From assembly GCA_963827655.1 (NCBI GenBank), contig CAWHCF010000049.1, positions 418,682 to 482,681 on the forward strand: DNA of 64,000 nucleotides. Direction: 5' to 3'. Under the pieces are notes generated by a model. That model did not search any database. It saw nothing but the letters and a program-made list of their open reading frames with translations, and had not been told where the DNA came from. The DNA comes from an uncultured Acidobacteriota bacterium. Lineage in GTDB: Bacteria > Acidobacteriota > UBA6911. Positions within the stretch are counted from its first letter, which is position 1. Each line of letters starts with the position of its first letter. Position numbers and translations under genes: made by a program. Shown here piece by piece: positions 63,248 to 64,000 of the stretch.

Positions 63248-63728
63248 CAGCCTTGGGTCTCCAGTTTCGTCGGCGGTTTTTTTTGCGCCGCTTCAGGGCA
63301 CGCTCGATAGAACGAGGATTGATGGTCACGCCGAAGCGATGCCGTACCGCTTCGACAATGGTCTCTTTGCCGTCGGCTGTCTGACGCCACTGATCCACGA
63401 AATCCAGGATCTCGTCCGTGCACTTATGGGCACGCCTCGGGCCGCGTCGCCGCGGCAGCAGCCCTGGAAGGCCGCGGTTTAGAAAACTTGCATCCGTGAC
63501 GTAGAAGGCCTGCCGGCTGACCCCGAACGAATGGGCAACATCCGAGACGGCCTTGCCATCAATGCGGTGGCGGCGGAGCATCTCGTATCTCACCTGTACA
63601 AGGTCCCGGGGATCGAAAAAATCAACAGAACGGAAAGTTTCGTCCTGGACATTCTCAGGGTGGCGATGGAGCGCGCGTTGTTCTCGCAGGGACTTGAGCT
63701 TTGGATCATCTAAAGGTTTGACCGGCAT
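63180..63728 (-). CDS. Helix-turn-helix protein, first gene of the recombinase module
   Basis: FFDPRDLVQVRYEMLR, FGVSRQAFY, GLLPRRRGPRRAHK, PRSIERAL; real stop may be near 63246 if the A8 run lacks one base. Confidence 0.8.
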   Translation of the reverse strand: MPVKPLDDPKLKSLREQRALHRHPENVQDETFRSVDFFDPRDLVQVRYEMLRRHRIDGKAVSDVAHSFGVSRQAFYVTDASFLNRGLPGLLPRRRGPRRAHKCTDEILDFVDQWRQTADGKETIVEAVRHRFGVTINPRSIERALKRRKKNRRRNWRPKADVFSIGSGLYGGSVRGTSQTGA

Positions 63729-64000
63729 GTCAATCTTATTTAATACACACACTGGTATACTGTCAAGAACAATTTCATATAGAATCCATCTATACACGTA
63801 TTTATACACGGGTATCTGAGCATATGATATAAACAATCCGTAATTACCCGTCCGGTTCATGTGGAGTAATCAAATTGACAGTATGGACGAAATATGATTG
63901 ACATAACCCTCCTTATGAATCAATCCCTCTCAGCAGATCGGCGAGCGCAACTAGGTCCTCGACTCGGAAATGAGATCGACCCTGCCCGATCATCAAGTAT

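Overview
GC-rich bacterial DNA, most likely Acidobacteriota (inferred from carboxypeptidase-regulatory-domain TonB-dependent receptors, a TPR/multiheme cytochrome c protein and ECF sigma/Ser-Thr kinase pairs). The left part (1-27 kb) holds the end of a sarcosine-oxidase-like operon, a frameshifted colicin-D-type polymorphic toxin with a probable immunity gene, panB-panC-coaX and several secreted or carbohydrate-active proteins. The main unexplained structure is at 28-59 kb. Four direct-repeat copies of only the 5' half of tRNA-Arg(CCT) (28137, 34433, 45349, 59104), each broken just after the anticodon loop, separate blocks of unrelated cargo about 6, 11 and 14 kb long. Three copies are followed by the same arm-like sequence. 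Two are preceded by the same ~130-bp segment made of the 3' tip of a tyrosine integrase gene and a promoter-like motif. No intact tyrosine integrase is present. This looks like a tandem array of non-autonomous, tRNA-targeted cargo cassettes. Also present: a three-copy 212-233-bp MITE with TAA target duplications, tRNA-Leu/Ala fragments at 59.4-59.7 kb, IS remnants, a three-gene large serine recombinase module and many deletion-fused gene fragments. Many frameshifts may be sequencing indels. All family assignments come from motif recognition by eye; no searches were run.
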